64,000 nucleotides of DNA from a bacterium (GTDB taxonomy: Bacteria > UBA8248), in NCBI GenBank assembly GCA_965203325.1, contig OZ241875.1, positions 2,464,001 through 2,528,000 on the forward strand. The letters are read 5' to 3'. Position 1 is the first letter of the stretch; each line of letters opens with the position of its first letter. The notes below the pieces were generated by a model, which saw only the letters and a program-made list of their open reading frames with translations, was not told the DNA's origin and ran no database searches. Position numbers and translations under genes: made by a program. Of this stretch, positions 20,811-30,738 are shown in pieces.

Positions 20811-21608
20811 TCAACTCCCCCTGAAGTTCGGTTTGCGCTTCTCGTGAAAGGCCTCCACGCCCTCCTTGAAATCATCCGACTGGCGGAGCCGCGAGTAGCA
20901 ATGCCCCTCCAGCTGGATTCCCAGGGACAGGAAGGTGTCTTCGGTCTCGTTGAGCAGGCGCTTGGCCGTCCGCTGCGCGAGCGGGGCGAACCCGCAAAGC
21001 TCGGCCACCAGGGCGTCTGTGGCCGCTTCGAGCTCATCGTCCGGCACGACCTCGGTGACGATGCCCCACTCATGGGCCTGTTTGCCGCCGATGCGTTTCG
21101 AGCGCATGACGATGTGCTTCGTCCGCGTGATGCCGATCATCTTCTGCAGTCTCGCCGAACCGCCCGAACCCGGAATCTGCCCCAGGCGCTGCTCGGGAAG
21201 AGCGTAGAGGGCCGTCTCGGACGCGATACGGAAATCACAGGCTAAAGAGATCTCGAAGCCCACGCCGAAGCAATAGCCGCGATTCGCGGCGATGGTCGGT
21301 TTTGCGCACCGCGTGGGCGCGGCGATGTTGTCGGCCAGGTTCGAGACGTGCTCGGGCGAGGCCTCCATGAAGCCGCGTATGAATCCGCCCGAAGAGAAGT
21401 TGGGGCCCAGGGCGCGCAGCACGATGACGCGCACGCGACCGTCGAGGTCCAGGTTCTCGAAGGCGGCGCGCAGCTCCTCGCGCTGGCCCATGCTGATCGT
21501 GTTCATCTCGCCGCGGTCGAGAATGATGTCGCCGCGCTGTTGGTCTGCGTCTATCTCGACCGTGAAGCCGTCGAAACTCGCGCCGTGTAAGTCTTCGCCG
21601 TGTGCCAT
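20811..21608 (-). CDS. Enoyl-CoA hydratase/isomerase (crotonase) family
   Basis: FSSGG, KPTIAANRGYCFGVGFEISLACDFRIA, LPEQRLGQIPGSGG, EGVEAFHEKRKP. ATG 21608. Confidence 0.93.
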   Translation of the reverse strand: MAHGEDLHGASFDGFTVEIDADQQRGDIILDRGEMNTISMGQREELRAAFENLDLDGRVRVIVLRALGPNFSSGGFIRGFMEASPEHVSNLADNIAAPTRCAKPTIAANRGYCFGVGFEISLACDFRIASETALYALPEQRLGQIPGSGGSARLQKMIGITRTKHIVMRSKRIGGKQAHEWGIVTEVVPDDELEAATDALVAELCGFAPLAQRTAKRLLNETEDTFLSLGIQLEGHCYSRLRQSDDFKEGVEAFHEKRKPNFRGS

Positions 21609-21642
21609 CGCCAGGGTTCTCCTCCGTCTTGATTTGTCGTCT

Positions 21643-23256
21643 TTATTCCGCGGGCGCCATTTGCAGCAGCGCCTTCTTGTCGATCTTGTCACTCGCGACG
21701 CGGGGGAATTCGCCGAGTTCGATGAACCGCGTCGGTATCTTGTAGGTGGCGAGGCCGCTTTTTCTGAGCGCTTCGGCCAGAACTTCCGGGTCGAGGCTCC
21801 TGCCCTCGTGGGGCTGTACGAACGCCCAGGGCGCCTCGCCGTATTCGGGGTCGGGCGCTGCGACGACGGCGCACTCGAAGACGTCGGGATGTTTGGCGAT
21901 CTCGCGCTCGACCTCGACCGGCAGTATCTTCTGGCCGCTTCGGTTGATGACCTCCTTGCTGCGGCCCAGAAGCCGCAGGCGGCCGTCCTCGTCGATGGCC
22001 GCGATGTCGCCGGTCGCGTTCCAGCCATCCGACCAGACCGCTCGTGTGCCTTCCGGGTCCTTCCAGTAGCCCGAAGACGCGTAGGGGGCCGAGAGCTTGA
22101 AGTGGCCGACGCTCCCCTGAGGCAGCGCGTTTCCCTCCTCATCCTCGATTCGCCAGCGGCATCCCCGGTGCGGCAAACCGACGCTGCCGTTGAGCCTGAG
22201 CGCGGCGGGTTCGTTGAAATCCGCGTGCGCGAAGCCGGGGGTTTCCATGCTGCCCGCCGCGACCACGACGCGGCAATCGGTGAGGCTTTCCACATGGCGC
22301 GCCGCATCGAGATCCGCCGCCGCCGTGCCGATGCGTATGGCGCGCAGCGAACGCAGATCGAACGAGGCGAGATCTTCCTGCGCCAGGCGGTTCAGGATGA
22401 CGGGCACGGTCGTCGCCACGGTGATCCCGGCGCTCTCGATGAGCGCCAGCAAAGCCCGCGCGTTATAGGATTCGGGGAACGTGAAGGCGCACGGCGTCAT
22501 CCCCGACGTCACCCAGACCAGCAGCCCCGCGCCCCCCGCCATCGGCGCGAAAACGCCGATGTTGTCCTTCTCGCTGATACACAATCGCGCGCCGTTTGCG
22601 CGGGCGAGACACATTTGCGCGCCTTCGGGCCATTCGCAAAGCTTCGAAAAACCGCTGGAGCCGCTCGAGACCGTGATCATGGAAATCTCATCGAAGCGGA
22701 AAGCCCGGGCGGCGATTTCCTCCATCGCTCCCGCGTTCTCAGGCGGCCTGGTCAACTCGGCCCAGGGGAGCCAACCCTCGGGAGAAACTCCTGAGAGATC
22801 GACGAGAAGGACGGGCGCGGCTCCGCCTGCCGCCTCATCCAGCCAGACAGTTCCTCCATCGCCGCCCGACTCAGGCGAGGCGAAGATGACGGAAGGCTTG
22901 AGTTCCCGAAAGGCGTAGCCCAGTTCCTTGCCCCGCCACTGCATGGGGGCGAAACAGCCGATGATTCCCGCTTTCTTGAGCGCGATGCGCAAGACTATCT
23001 CGCGGTTCGAGGACGCCATCTGCACCAGGGCGCGGGCGTCGCGCTCGATTCCCCGTGCGATCAGGTTCGCGGCGATGCGGTCGGTGAGTTCATCCAGCCC
23101 CCGCCAGGTGATCTCCTCTTGCGAATCGCGGCAGGCGATTTTCTCGGGGCAATCGCGCGCATAGGCGGCGTAGCGTTCCACCATCGTCTCGCGCGTCCAG
23201 TAGCCTGCGGCGAGGTAGGACTCGATTTTTTCCTGACTCAGAAGAGAAGGCTTCAT
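21643..23256 (-). CDS. AMP-dependent acyl/aryl-CoA synthetase (ANL family)
   Basis: VSSGSSGFSK P-loop variant, GSME, TGD, GRSKEVINRSG, YKIP, KIDK. Confidence 0.9.
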   Translation of the reverse strand: MKPSLLSQEKIESYLAAGYWTRETMVERYAAYARDCPEKIACRDSQEEITWRGLDELTDRIAANLIARGIERDARALVQMASSNREIVLRIALKKAGIIGCFAPMQWRGKELGYAFRELKPSVIFASPESGGDGGTVWLDEAAGGAAPVLLVDLSGVSPEGWLPWAELTRPPENAGAMEEIAARAFRFDEISMITVSSGSSGFSKLCEWPEGAQMCLARANGARLCISEKDNIGVFAPMAGGAGLLVWVTSGMTPCAFTFPESYNARALLALIESAGITVATTVPVILNRLAQEDLASFDLRSLRAIRIGTAAADLDAARHVESLTDCRVVVAAGSMETPGFAHADFNEPAALRLNGSVGLPHRGCRWRIEDEEGNALPQGSVGHFKLSAPYASSGYWKDPEGTRAVWSDGWNATGDIAAIDEDGRLRLLGRSKEVINRSGQKILPVEVEREIAKHPDVFECAVVAAPDPEYGEAPWAFVQPHEGRSLDPEVLAEALRKSGLATYKIPTRFIELGEFPRVASDKIDKKALLQMAPAE

Positions 23257-23270
23257 GCGCGATCCCGGAA

Positions 23271-24056
23271 TCAGCGGCCCTTGTACTCAGGCGCGCGTTT
23301 TTCGGCGTAGGCCTTCAGTGCCTCGCGGCTGTCCTCGGTCGCCATGCAGATGGCGTAGAGCTTTCGCTCGAAGTCAATGCCCGCCAGAAGTTCGGTTTCC
23401 GTGGAGCGCAGGACGGCGTCGCGCCCGGCGACGAAGGCCATGGGGGCCTGCGCCCCGAGCAGGCGCGCCAGCTCCTTTGCGCGGGGCATGAGGTCGGCCA
23501 GCGGCAGGACTTCGGTGACGAGGCCGATTTCGCGCGCGGTTTCGGCGTCGACGCGCTGCCCCGTCAGGATCATCTGCATGGCCCAGCCCAGTCCCACGAA
23601 CCGGTAGAGGCGCTGCGTGCCGCCGCTGCCGGGAATCTGGCCGAAGTTGATCTCCGGCAGCCCGAGCAGGGCGTTCTCGCTCGCGATGCGGATCGTGCAG
23701 CCCATCGAGAATTCGAGTCCCGCACCGAAGCAATAGCCGTTGATGGCGGCCACGGTCGGCTTGCCGAGACGTTCGATGGCGGTCGGCAACTCCTTTCGCA
23801 GCGAGGCCGAAGGGCCCATCTCGGACACCAGCGTGCGCTGCTCCAGTTCGGGGATGTTGGCGCCGGCGGAAAACGACTTGTCCCCATGTCCGGTGAAGAC
23901 GATGGCCTTCACGGCGTCGTCGGTCTCGGCGCGTCGGGCGCAGTCGAGCAGGTCGACCCGCATCTGGTGGGTCATGGCGTTTCGCTTCTCGGGCCGGTGC
24001 AGCGTGACGATCAGCAATTCACCGTCCATCTCGGTGCGCACGTTTTCATAGCTCAT
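23271..24056 (-). CDS. Enoyl-CoA hydratase/isomerase (crotonase) family
   Basis: RPEKRNA, FSAGANI, KPTVAAINGYCFGAGLE, PEINFGQIPGSGGTQRL. ATG 24056. Confidence 0.93.
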   Translation of the reverse strand: MSYENVRTEMDGELLIVTLHRPEKRNAMTHQMRVDLLDCARRAETDDAVKAIVFTGHGDKSFSAGANIPELEQRTLVSEMGPSASLRKELPTAIERLGKPTVAAINGYCFGAGLEFSMGCTIRIASENALLGLPEINFGQIPGSGGTQRLYRFVGLGWAMQMILTGQRVDAETAREIGLVTEVLPLADLMPRAKELARLLGAQAPMAFVAGRDAVLRSTETELLAGIDFERKLYAICMATEDSREALKAYAEKRAPEYKGR

Positions 24057-24230
24057 ATGGAATCCGCCCCCTTGTTCTAAATTTTTATCCGTCGGCCCAG
24101 GCGGCGTACGCCTCGGCGAACGCCCCTGCATTCATTGTAATGACGATAAGCGCCGCTCGGGTCAACCGGCGTTTCGCCATTCGCGAACGCACGGCGCGTC
24201 CCTGAAGAGCGCCGGAGGAAAAAGGGTTCA

Positions 24231-24274
24231 CTGCGGCGTCCCGGCCCTCCTGCGAGAGAGCCGGGACGCCGCAG
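24231..24274. terminator. Long GC hairpin downstream of the hydrolase gene
   Basis: CTGCGGCGTCCCGGC...GCCGGGACGCCGCAG perfect 15 bp stem. Confidence 0.55.
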
Positions 24275-24307
24275 CGGGCTATGATGGAAAGGATGCGTCC
24301 GGTCCCG

Positions 24308-25492
24308 CTACGCTCCCAGCTTGAGCTTCAGCCAGTCGAAAATCTCGTGCGCGTAGGGGGGCACGTTGTCCATCTGGCAGTGCTGGGCGCCCGTTTCGGT
24401 CCCCTTGACGATCCGGAGCGTCTTGTCTTTGGAGCCCGAGGCGTTGAAGAGCCTTTTCGCGTCTGCGAGGGGGATCTGCTGGTCGCCTTCCCCGTGAATC
24501 AGCAAGAACGGGCAGCGCATGTTCTGCACCACGCCCTCGAGTTTGAAGTCCGCGAGGACGTCTAAGCACTCCTCGGTGGAGTCCAGGTTGAAAATCCACT
24601 CCAGGTGATGCCCGGGAACCGAGAGGGCCGTCTTGTAGGCGGCGGCGATTCTGTCGCGCCACACCCGCTGGTAGTCCCAGATCGCGCCCCAGGCCACGCA
24701 CGCCTTGAAGCGGTGCTCCATGCTGGCATTTCGGGGCGCGTAGTAGCCGCCCAGGCTGATCGCCATGACGCCCGCGCGCTTCGCGTCCACGTCGTTTCTC
24801 GTTTCGAGATAATCGAGGGCCGCGGCGCCCGCGGTTTCATGGTCGTGGCGCAGGTAGAGCTTCCTGAAACGGATGGCTTCTCCGTTTCCGGGCGCGTCCA
24901 CGGCGAGCACGCTCATCCCCCGGCGCACGAGGTCTTCCGCGCCCAGGATGTATTGAATCTCCTTCGAGACGTCGAAACCGTCGAAGGATACCACCACGGG
25001 CGGTTTTCTTTTTCTCGTGTTCTGGGCGTGAATGAGGACGCCCGGCAGCGTCTTTTTGCCCTCGAAGGGGATTTCCACGTGTTCGATGCGGGGAGAATCC
25101 GTGAGGGCGGCGAATCGCTTAAAGCTGTCCAGCGATTTGCGGTACGCGGCGTTCGCCGCCTTGTCCTTGGGTGTGCGGAAGCGTTCGCCGAGCTGGTAGT
25201 AGAAACACGCGCGCTTGAAGAAGGCGGCGGCGGAGAGGTCGTTCTTTTTCCTCGCGGCGGCGAGCCCCAAGGCGCGCATCCTGTCGGCCTCGCTCACCCA
25301 TTCGGCGAACCAGGCGTCATCGTCGCCTATCTTGCCCTTCAGCTTGCGGCAGACCCTGTCGACCTCGCCCATCGTGGACGAACCCCAATAGGACGTGGAA
25401 TAGGCGATGCCCACGCCGGCGGACCAGCGGTAGTCATCGGGAAAATACGCGAACCACGGTTCCTTGCGGACGGCTTTTGCTGCTTTTGCCAT
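24308..25492 (-). CDS. Alpha/beta hydrolase, 2,6-dihydroxypseudooxynicotine hydrolase/FrsA-like (copy 1)
   Basis: DGFDVSKE, DAPGNGEA, nucleophile AISLGGYYAPR, HGEGDQQIP, HCQMDN. Confidence 0.85.
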   Translation of the reverse strand: MAKAAKAVRKEPWFAYFPDDYRWSAGVGIAYSTSYWGSSTMGEVDRVCRKLKGKIGDDDAWFAEWVSEADRMRALGLAAARKKNDLSAAAFFKRACFYYQLGERFRTPKDKAANAAYRKSLDSFKRFAALTDSPRIEHVEIPFEGKKTLPGVLIHAQNTRKRKPPVVVSFDGFDVSKEIQYILGAEDLVRRGMSVLAVDAPGNGEAIRFRKLYLRHDHETAGAAALDYLETRNDVDAKRAGVMAISLGGYYAPRNASMEHRFKACVAWGAIWDYQRVWRDRIAAAYKTALSVPGHHLEWIFNLDSTEECLDVLADFKLEGVVQNMRCPFLLIHGEGDQQIPLADAKRLFNASGSKDKTLRIVKGTETGAQHCQMDNVPPYAHEIFDWLKLKLGA

Positions 25493-25736
25493 GAGGCGTT
25501 CTCCTTGCGAGAAGTAGAAGATTATCGTGCACGTATCATTTTGAGGGCCGGCGCGGGAAAATCGAGAAAAACGGATTCTACCATCCGTGCGTTCTTCGAA
25601 ATTCGGGCTTCCTCGTATCGTTGTTCCAGTGGCGGGGAATATATCACAGCGCCGTTCTTTGCGTCATGGGCGGGGAGGTGTTCCGTTCGGGAAGGGAGTA
25701 AATTGTCGAAGGATGGCCACGAAAGGTGAACGCATC

Positions 25737-25764
25737 GTAGGGACAGGCCCCCGTGCCTGTCCTG
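25737..25764. repeat. GTAG REP-like palindrome
   Basis: GTAGGGACAGGCCCCCGTGCCTGTCCTG; exact reverse complement at 27889-27916. Confidence 0.75.
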
Positions 25765-25831
25765 ATCGTGTTTGCATCAATAAAGGACGACCACAGGAGG
25801 CGGGAAAACCCAAAAGGGTTGATTTTACAAT

Positions 25832-25848
25832 TGATTGCAATGCAATCA
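25832..25848. promoter_or_regulatory. Palindromic operator upstream of the TA operon (likely autorepression site)
   Basis: TGATTGCA-A-TGCAATCA perfect inverted repeat about 35 nt before the antitoxin start. Confidence 0.65.
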
Positions 25849-25882
25849 TATGATAGGGTGAAATCCGGCGTAACAGGAGGGC

Positions 25883-26134
25883 ATGAAGATGGCGAGCATC
25901 ACGATCCGCAATCTCGACGATGACGTGAAAACGCGCCTTCGCGTGCGTGCGGCGGAGAACGGCCGCTCGATGGAAGAAGAAGCGCGGGTGATCCTGCGCG
26001 AGGCCGTCGGTCGAGAGGGCGTGCCTGTGAAGGGTCTGGGGACGGCGATCCACGAACGGTTCAAACCCTTCGGCGGTGTCGAGTTGGAGTTGCCGCCGCG
26101 CGAGCCGATGCGTGAACCGCCCCGCTTCGATTGA
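25883..26134 (+). CDS. FitA/StbC-like ribbon-helix-helix antitoxin
   Basis: ASITIRNLDDDVKTRLRVRAAENGRSMEEEAR; ELELPPR C-terminus. Confidence 0.92.
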   Translation: MKMASITIRNLDDDVKTRLRVRAAENGRSMEEEARVILREAVGREGVPVKGLGTAIHERFKPFGGVELELPPREPMREPPRFD

Positions 26135-26140
26135 GGGGCG

Positions 26141-26566
26141 GTGATGATATTGCTCGATACGAACGTGGTGTCTGAATTGATGCGCGATTCCGCCGCCCCG
26201 GAGATACTCGCCTGGGTGGACAACCAGTTGTCACAAGAGTTGTTCGTGACGGCGATTACGGAGGCTGAAATCCGCGCTGGGATCGCCTTTTTGCCCGAAG
26301 GCGCGCGCCGCCGGGGTCTTGTGGACACCTTCGAGCAAACTCTCGGGGATTTATTTGCACACCGCGTTTTGCCGTTCGACAGCGAAGCGGCGCGCGCCTA
26401 TGCGGAGGTTGCAGCCGCCCGGCGCGTCATCGGGCGTCCGGTCTCGCAGCCGGATTGTCAGATCGCGGCAATCGCGATCGCGCGTGGAATGTCCGTGGCG
26501 ACGCGAAACGTCCGGGATTTCTCAGGAACCGGAGTTGAAGTGATAGACCCTTGGGCGGGCGCGTGA
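26141..26566 (+). CDS. vapC: PIN-domain toxin (FitB/VapC family)
   Basis: ILLDTNVVSELMR, ITEAEI..GI, DCQIAAIA, ATRNVRDF, VIDPW. Confidence 0.93.
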   Translation: MMILLDTNVVSELMRDSAAPEILAWVDNQLSQELFVTAITEAEIRAGIAFLPEGARRRGLVDTFEQTLGDLFAHRVLPFDSEAARAYAEVAAARRVIGRPVSQPDCQIAAIAIARGMSVATRNVRDFSGTGVEVIDPWAGA

Positions 26567-26590
26567 GGGTATTACTTTCACGAATCGTCC

Positions 26591-27517
26591 CTACGAAGAT
26601 CGCTCCAGCGCCCTGCGCAGTTCCTCTTGATGACTCAGACCCAATATCCAGGCTTCCTCCGTTTCGATGATGCGGCGCTCCTCTGCGTCGAGAGAGGGCG
26701 CGCCTTCGAACAGGGGCGCGAGGCCGCCCTCTAGGTCGAGCCGAGCGAAGGCCTCCGCGTTCACGCGGACCTGAGCGGCGTCCGGTATTTCACCCTCACC
26801 CCTTCGCTCTTCAATCTCTCGCCTGAGGAGGGAGGGGTAGATTTCGGCAATGACGCCGGGCGATTCGGGCGCGCGCAAGCCGGTATCGAAGGGCCAGACG
26901 GCGAGGCGGCCATTCATGGGCGGGTGCTCGACGAGGCGCTTTATGGCGGGAAGGCCGAGGAGCACCTGTGAGCCGACGGAGCCGGCGTAGGCCAGTTGCC
27001 ATACGGTCTTGGCGCCTCTGGCATGGAGGTCGGCGATACGGCGCTCGGGCGAGTGGGCTTCTCGGTGTGTGCGGCGCGATGCGCGTGTCGGCACATCCGG
27101 GTATCGCCAGCTTTGCGGGCGGCCCCAGAAGGGACCGGTTCCCGGATAGAGCCGGTTGATCTCTTGCGCGATTTGATAGCGGTTGTTCGCGTTGTTCTCG
27201 GCATCCTCGATGCGGGCCGCCAGCCAGTCCCAGAGCGCGTGAGCGGACGCCTCCCCCGTCAGGTGTCTGGCGACCCCGGCCGGGTAGCCGAAGGGAAAAT
27301 CGAAGCCGATCAGTACGCGGCGGTCGGTGTTCAGTTCCTCTGCGATGAGGGAGCAGAGACGTTCCACAGCGTCATGGCGGGTGCGGGCGTAGGCGGGTTC
27401 GTCCACGACGCCGTCTTTAGCTACGGCCCACCAGATGGCGTCTTTCGTCGGACGGGCGGGGCTCGGCCTCGAGCGCGCCGACCAGTCGACGATGACGTGG
27501 GTGTGGAAGATGGTTAA
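26591..27517 (-). CDS. DUF429-like RNase H-fold protein; start codon non-canonical or lost
   Basis: Frame continues upstream of the ORF-track start as (L)TIFHTHVIVDWSA...DAIWWA; GFDFPFGYP, GSVGSQ, WPFDTG, EIYPS, EE.WILG. Confidence 0.65.
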   Translation of the reverse strand, partial: LTIFHTHVIVDWSARSRPSPARPTKDAIWWAVAKDGVVDEPAYARTRHDAVERLCSLIAEELNTDRRVLIGFDFPFGYPAGVARHLTGEASAHALWDWLAARIEDAENNANNRYQIAQEINRLYPGTGPFWGRPQSWRYPDVPTRASRRTHREAHSPERRIADLHARGAKTVWQLAYAGSVGSQVLLGLPAIKRLVEHPPMNGRLAVWPFDTGLRAPESPGVIAEIYPSLLRREIEERRGEGEIPDAAQVRVNAEAFARLDLEGGLAPLFEGAPSLDAEERRIIETEEAWILGLSHQEELRRALERSS

Positions 27518-27587
27518 TTTCCCCCTTTATGCGATTCTAACCACTCCCACCTTTGAGGGTCATTACCAAGGAAGATGAAGGGAATCC

Positions 27588-27916
27588 ACTCCCCCCTTGA
27601 GGGGGAGTCAGTGAGCTAAGGGCGAAAGCCCGCAAGCGAACTGGTGGGGGGAGATTTTATCTGTGGCATGTCCCCCCACCGATTCAGCCTTCGCACAAAT
27701 CGCTCGGCTTCATCGACTCCCCCTCAAGGGGGGAGTGAATTTCTTCTCTCGTCGGTTGGAATTGACCACCGCCGTCATTCCGTCGAACCCTCCCGCATTG
27801 GTCGGCTCCGACACCGGAATGACGAATAAAACGGCACCGCCCCGTAGGGACAGGTCGCGACCTGTCCCTACACAGGCAAACACGAAGGCAGGACAGGCAC
27901 GGGGGCCTGTCCCTAC
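27588..27916. repeat. Composite repeat cluster (MITE-like element, GTCATTCC palindrome and GTAG REP doublet)
   Basis: Elements at 27588-27736, 27773-27823 and 27844-27916 each have related copies elsewhere in the window. Confidence 0.75.
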
Positions 27917-27946
27917 AGCCACCACCGCATCACGCGAACATCCCCC

Positions 27947-29122
27947 CTACCCGCAGAGCTTCTCCTGGAGCCAGTCGAACATGTAGGCCGTGCCGATGGC
28001 GTAGTTGTCGCGCTGGCAGTGCTGGGAGCCGCCTTCCTTCACGGTGAAGACCTTGAGCGTCTTATCCTTCGAACCCACGGCGTTATAGAGCGCCTTGGCG
28101 TCCCGGAGCGGGATCTGCTTGTCGTCCGCCCCGTGCGTGACGAGGAAGGGGCACCGCATGTTCTGCACGACGCCGTCGAGCCGGAAACCATCGAGCTTGA
28201 CCAGGGCGTCGTCGAGCGAGTCGGCGTTCAGGATCCACTGGATGTGGTGGCCCGGAACGGAGAGCTCCGCCTTGAACGAAGCGTCGATGCGCTTTTTCCA
28301 GGTGGCGTGGTAGTCCCAGATCGCCCCCCAGGCGAGGCATGCCTTGTAGCGGTGCTCCATGCTGGCGATGCGCGGCGCATAGTAGCCGCCCAGGCTGACC
28401 GCCATGACGCCGGCGTTCTTCGCGTCCACGTCGTTCCTGGTTTCGAGATAATCGAGCGCGGCGGAGCCTGCGACCTCGTAATCGGGGCGAAGGTAGATGT
28501 TGCGCAGACGGATGGCCTCGCCCGTGCCGGGGCCGTCCATCACCAGACAGCTCATGCCCCGCCGGATGAGGTCTTCCACGCCGCGGGTGAACTGAAGCTC
28601 CTTGGTCACGTCGAGTCCGTCGAAGAATACGACGACGGGGGGTTTTCTCTTTCTCGTGTTCTCCGCATGCACGAGATAGCCGGGGAGTTTCTTTCTGCCC
28701 TCGAAGGGAACTTCCACGGCCTCGATTCTGGGCCTGTCCGTCAGGCGCACGAAGCGGCGGAAGGTGTCGAGCGATTTCTTGAACGTGGCGACCGCGCGCT
28801 TGTCCTTGGGCGTCCGGAAGCGCTCGCCCATCTGGTAGTAGCATGTGGCGCGCTTGTAGTGGGTGGCGGCGGAGAGGTTTCGCTTCTTGCGCTCGGCGGC
28901 GCGTCCCAGGTCCCGCACGACGTCGCCCATGCGGTCCCACTCGCGGAACCACAGGTTGTCGTCGCCGAGTTTCTTGTAGAGGCGGCGGCAGACCTTGTCG
29001 ACCTCGCCGATCTCGGTCCCGCCCCACTGCGCGCTCGAAACCATGCCGCAGATGGCGGCCGACCAGCGGTAGTCTTCGGGAAAGTACGTGTACCAGTTCG
29101 TGTTCGCGGGTGCTTCGGGCAT
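27947..29122 (-). CDS. Alpha/beta hydrolase, 2,6-dihydroxypseudooxynicotine hydrolase/FrsA-like (copy 2)
   Basis: DGLDVTKE, DGPGTGEA, AVSLGGYYAPR, HCQRDN; close paralog of 24308-25492. ATG 29122. Confidence 0.85.
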   Translation of the reverse strand: MPEAPANTNWYTYFPEDYRWSAAICGMVSSAQWGGTEIGEVDKVCRRLYKKLGDDNLWFREWDRMGDVVRDLGRAAERKKRNLSAATHYKRATCYYQMGERFRTPKDKRAVATFKKSLDTFRRFVRLTDRPRIEAVEVPFEGRKKLPGYLVHAENTRKRKPPVVVFFDGLDVTKELQFTRGVEDLIRRGMSCLVMDGPGTGEAIRLRNIYLRPDYEVAGSAALDYLETRNDVDAKNAGVMAVSLGGYYAPRIASMEHRYKACLAWGAIWDYHATWKKRIDASFKAELSVPGHHIQWILNADSLDDALVKLDGFRLDGVVQNMRCPFLVTHGADDKQIPLRDAKALYNAVGSKDKTLKVFTVKEGGSQHCQRDNYAIGTAYMFDWLQEKLCG

Positions 29123-29304
29123 GAATGGCCTCCTTGCGTCGCATTCATGACGCGGCGGAATCCCAGAGGCGAAACGCCCGGGTCTGAGTCGCGCGAATGC
29201 GGGTTTTCGGGTTGAATGTAAGCGCACGGGATCATATCTTTGTTCCACGCTGATAATCAAACCGATGAGCCGACCACGGGTGATTTGCGAAAGAGGGGTG
29301 TGTG

Positions 29305-30669
29305 ATGAGCGAGGGGAAAGACTTCCGGGAAGTGCTGGACTATATCGACGAGAACGCGGATCGCTTCGTGGCGGATCTGCAGGAACTCTGCCGCCAGCCG
29401 AGCATATCGACGACCAACGTGGGGATCAGGGAGATGGCGGCCCTTCTGGAGGCCCGCGTGGCGCGCTCGGGGCTCGAGACGACGCTCCATGAAACCGAGG
29501 GCAACCCGATTCTCACCGCGCGCTTAGGAGGCGGCGGGGACAAGACGCTTCTCTTCTACAACCACTACGACGTGCAGCCGGCCGAGCCGCTCTCGGAATG
29601 GGACACGCCGCCTTTCGACGCCGAGATTGTCGACGGAGCCGTCATCGCGAGAGGGGCGACGGACAACAAGGGCAACATCATGAGCCGCCTCGCGGCGTTC
29701 GAGGCCTTCCTCGCTGTGCGCGGGGAACTGCCGTGTTCGGTCAAGTACATCATCGAGGGCGAAGAGGAGGTGGGAAGCCCCTCGCTCGAGCCCTTCGTGA
29801 AGGAAAACGGAGATCTGCTCGCGGCGGACGGCTGCGTATGGGAGGACAACACCACGCGGGTGGACACGCCCGTGCTCTCGCTCGGCAACAAGGGCCTTTG
29901 CTACATGGAGCTCACCTGCCGGACGGCGAACGTGGATTTTCACAGCTCGAACGCCCAGATATACGAGAACGCGGCCTGGCGCATGACGTGGGCGCTCTCG
30001 ACCATGAAGGACCAGGACGAGAACGTGCTGGTGGAAGGTTTTTACGACGACGTGCTGCCGATTACCGAGATCGAGGACGAACTCATCCGCCGCGTGCTGC
30101 CTTATAATGGGGCGGAGCGCATCGAGAAGTTCGAGCTCAGGAAGTTCCTGCTCGACATGAAGGACGAGGACCTCCCCCGCCGCCACCTCGCGAACCCGAC
30201 ATTCAACATCGCGGGCTTCGACGGCGGCTACACCGGCGAGGGGGTGAAGACCATCGTCTCCGCCCGCGCGCGGGCCAAGATCGACTGCCGCCTCGTGCCG
30301 AACCAGGACCCTTACAAGATAAGGGACTGCGTGCGCGCGCATCTCGACAGGCACGGCTTCGAGGACATCGGCGTGGAGCTTCTGTTCACCTCCTACCCGG
30401 CGAAGAGCGACCCCGAGGCCGACATCGTGAAGGCCTGCAACGCGGCGTCGCACAGGCTCTACGGGGAAGACGCCATCATCAACCCCTTCGGCAACGGCAG
30501 CACGCCGACGTATATTGTGCTCAAACACCTCGGCATTCCGCTTTCCTCGACCGGGGTGGGCCGCATCACCTCGCGCACGCACAGCGCGAACGAGAACCTG
30601 AAGATCGCGGACCTGATCGACGGGGCCAAGTGGATGGCCGCCATCTGCGAGGAGTTCAGCGGGTTGTAA
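29305..30669 (+). CDS. M20 family metallopeptidase/deacylase (ArgE/DapE-like)
   Basis: YNHYDVQP, RGATDNKG, EGEEEVGS, HSANE. Confidence 0.93.
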   Translation: MSEGKDFREVLDYIDENADRFVADLQELCRQPSISTTNVGIREMAALLEARVARSGLETTLHETEGNPILTARLGGGGDKTLLFYNHYDVQPAEPLSEWDTPPFDAEIVDGAVIARGATDNKGNIMSRLAAFEAFLAVRGELPCSVKYIIEGEEEVGSPSLEPFVKENGDLLAADGCVWEDNTTRVDTPVLSLGNKGLCYMELTCRTANVDFHSSNAQIYENAAWRMTWALSTMKDQDENVLVEGFYDDVLPITEIEDELIRRVLPYNGAERIEKFELRKFLLDMKDEDLPRRHLANPTFNIAGFDGGYTGEGVKTIVSARARAKIDCRLVPNQDPYKIRDCVRAHLDRHGFEDIGVELLFTSYPAKSDPEADIVKACNAASHRLYGEDAIINPFGNGSTPTYIVLKHLGIPLSSTGVGRITSRTHSANENLKIADLIDGAKWMAAICEEFSGL

Positions 30670-30738
30670 AGAGTTCATGGGGGCCGCCACCGCGCGCCCG
30701 TTTTCATAGCGAAGGAATCACGCACACAGGAGAAGAAG

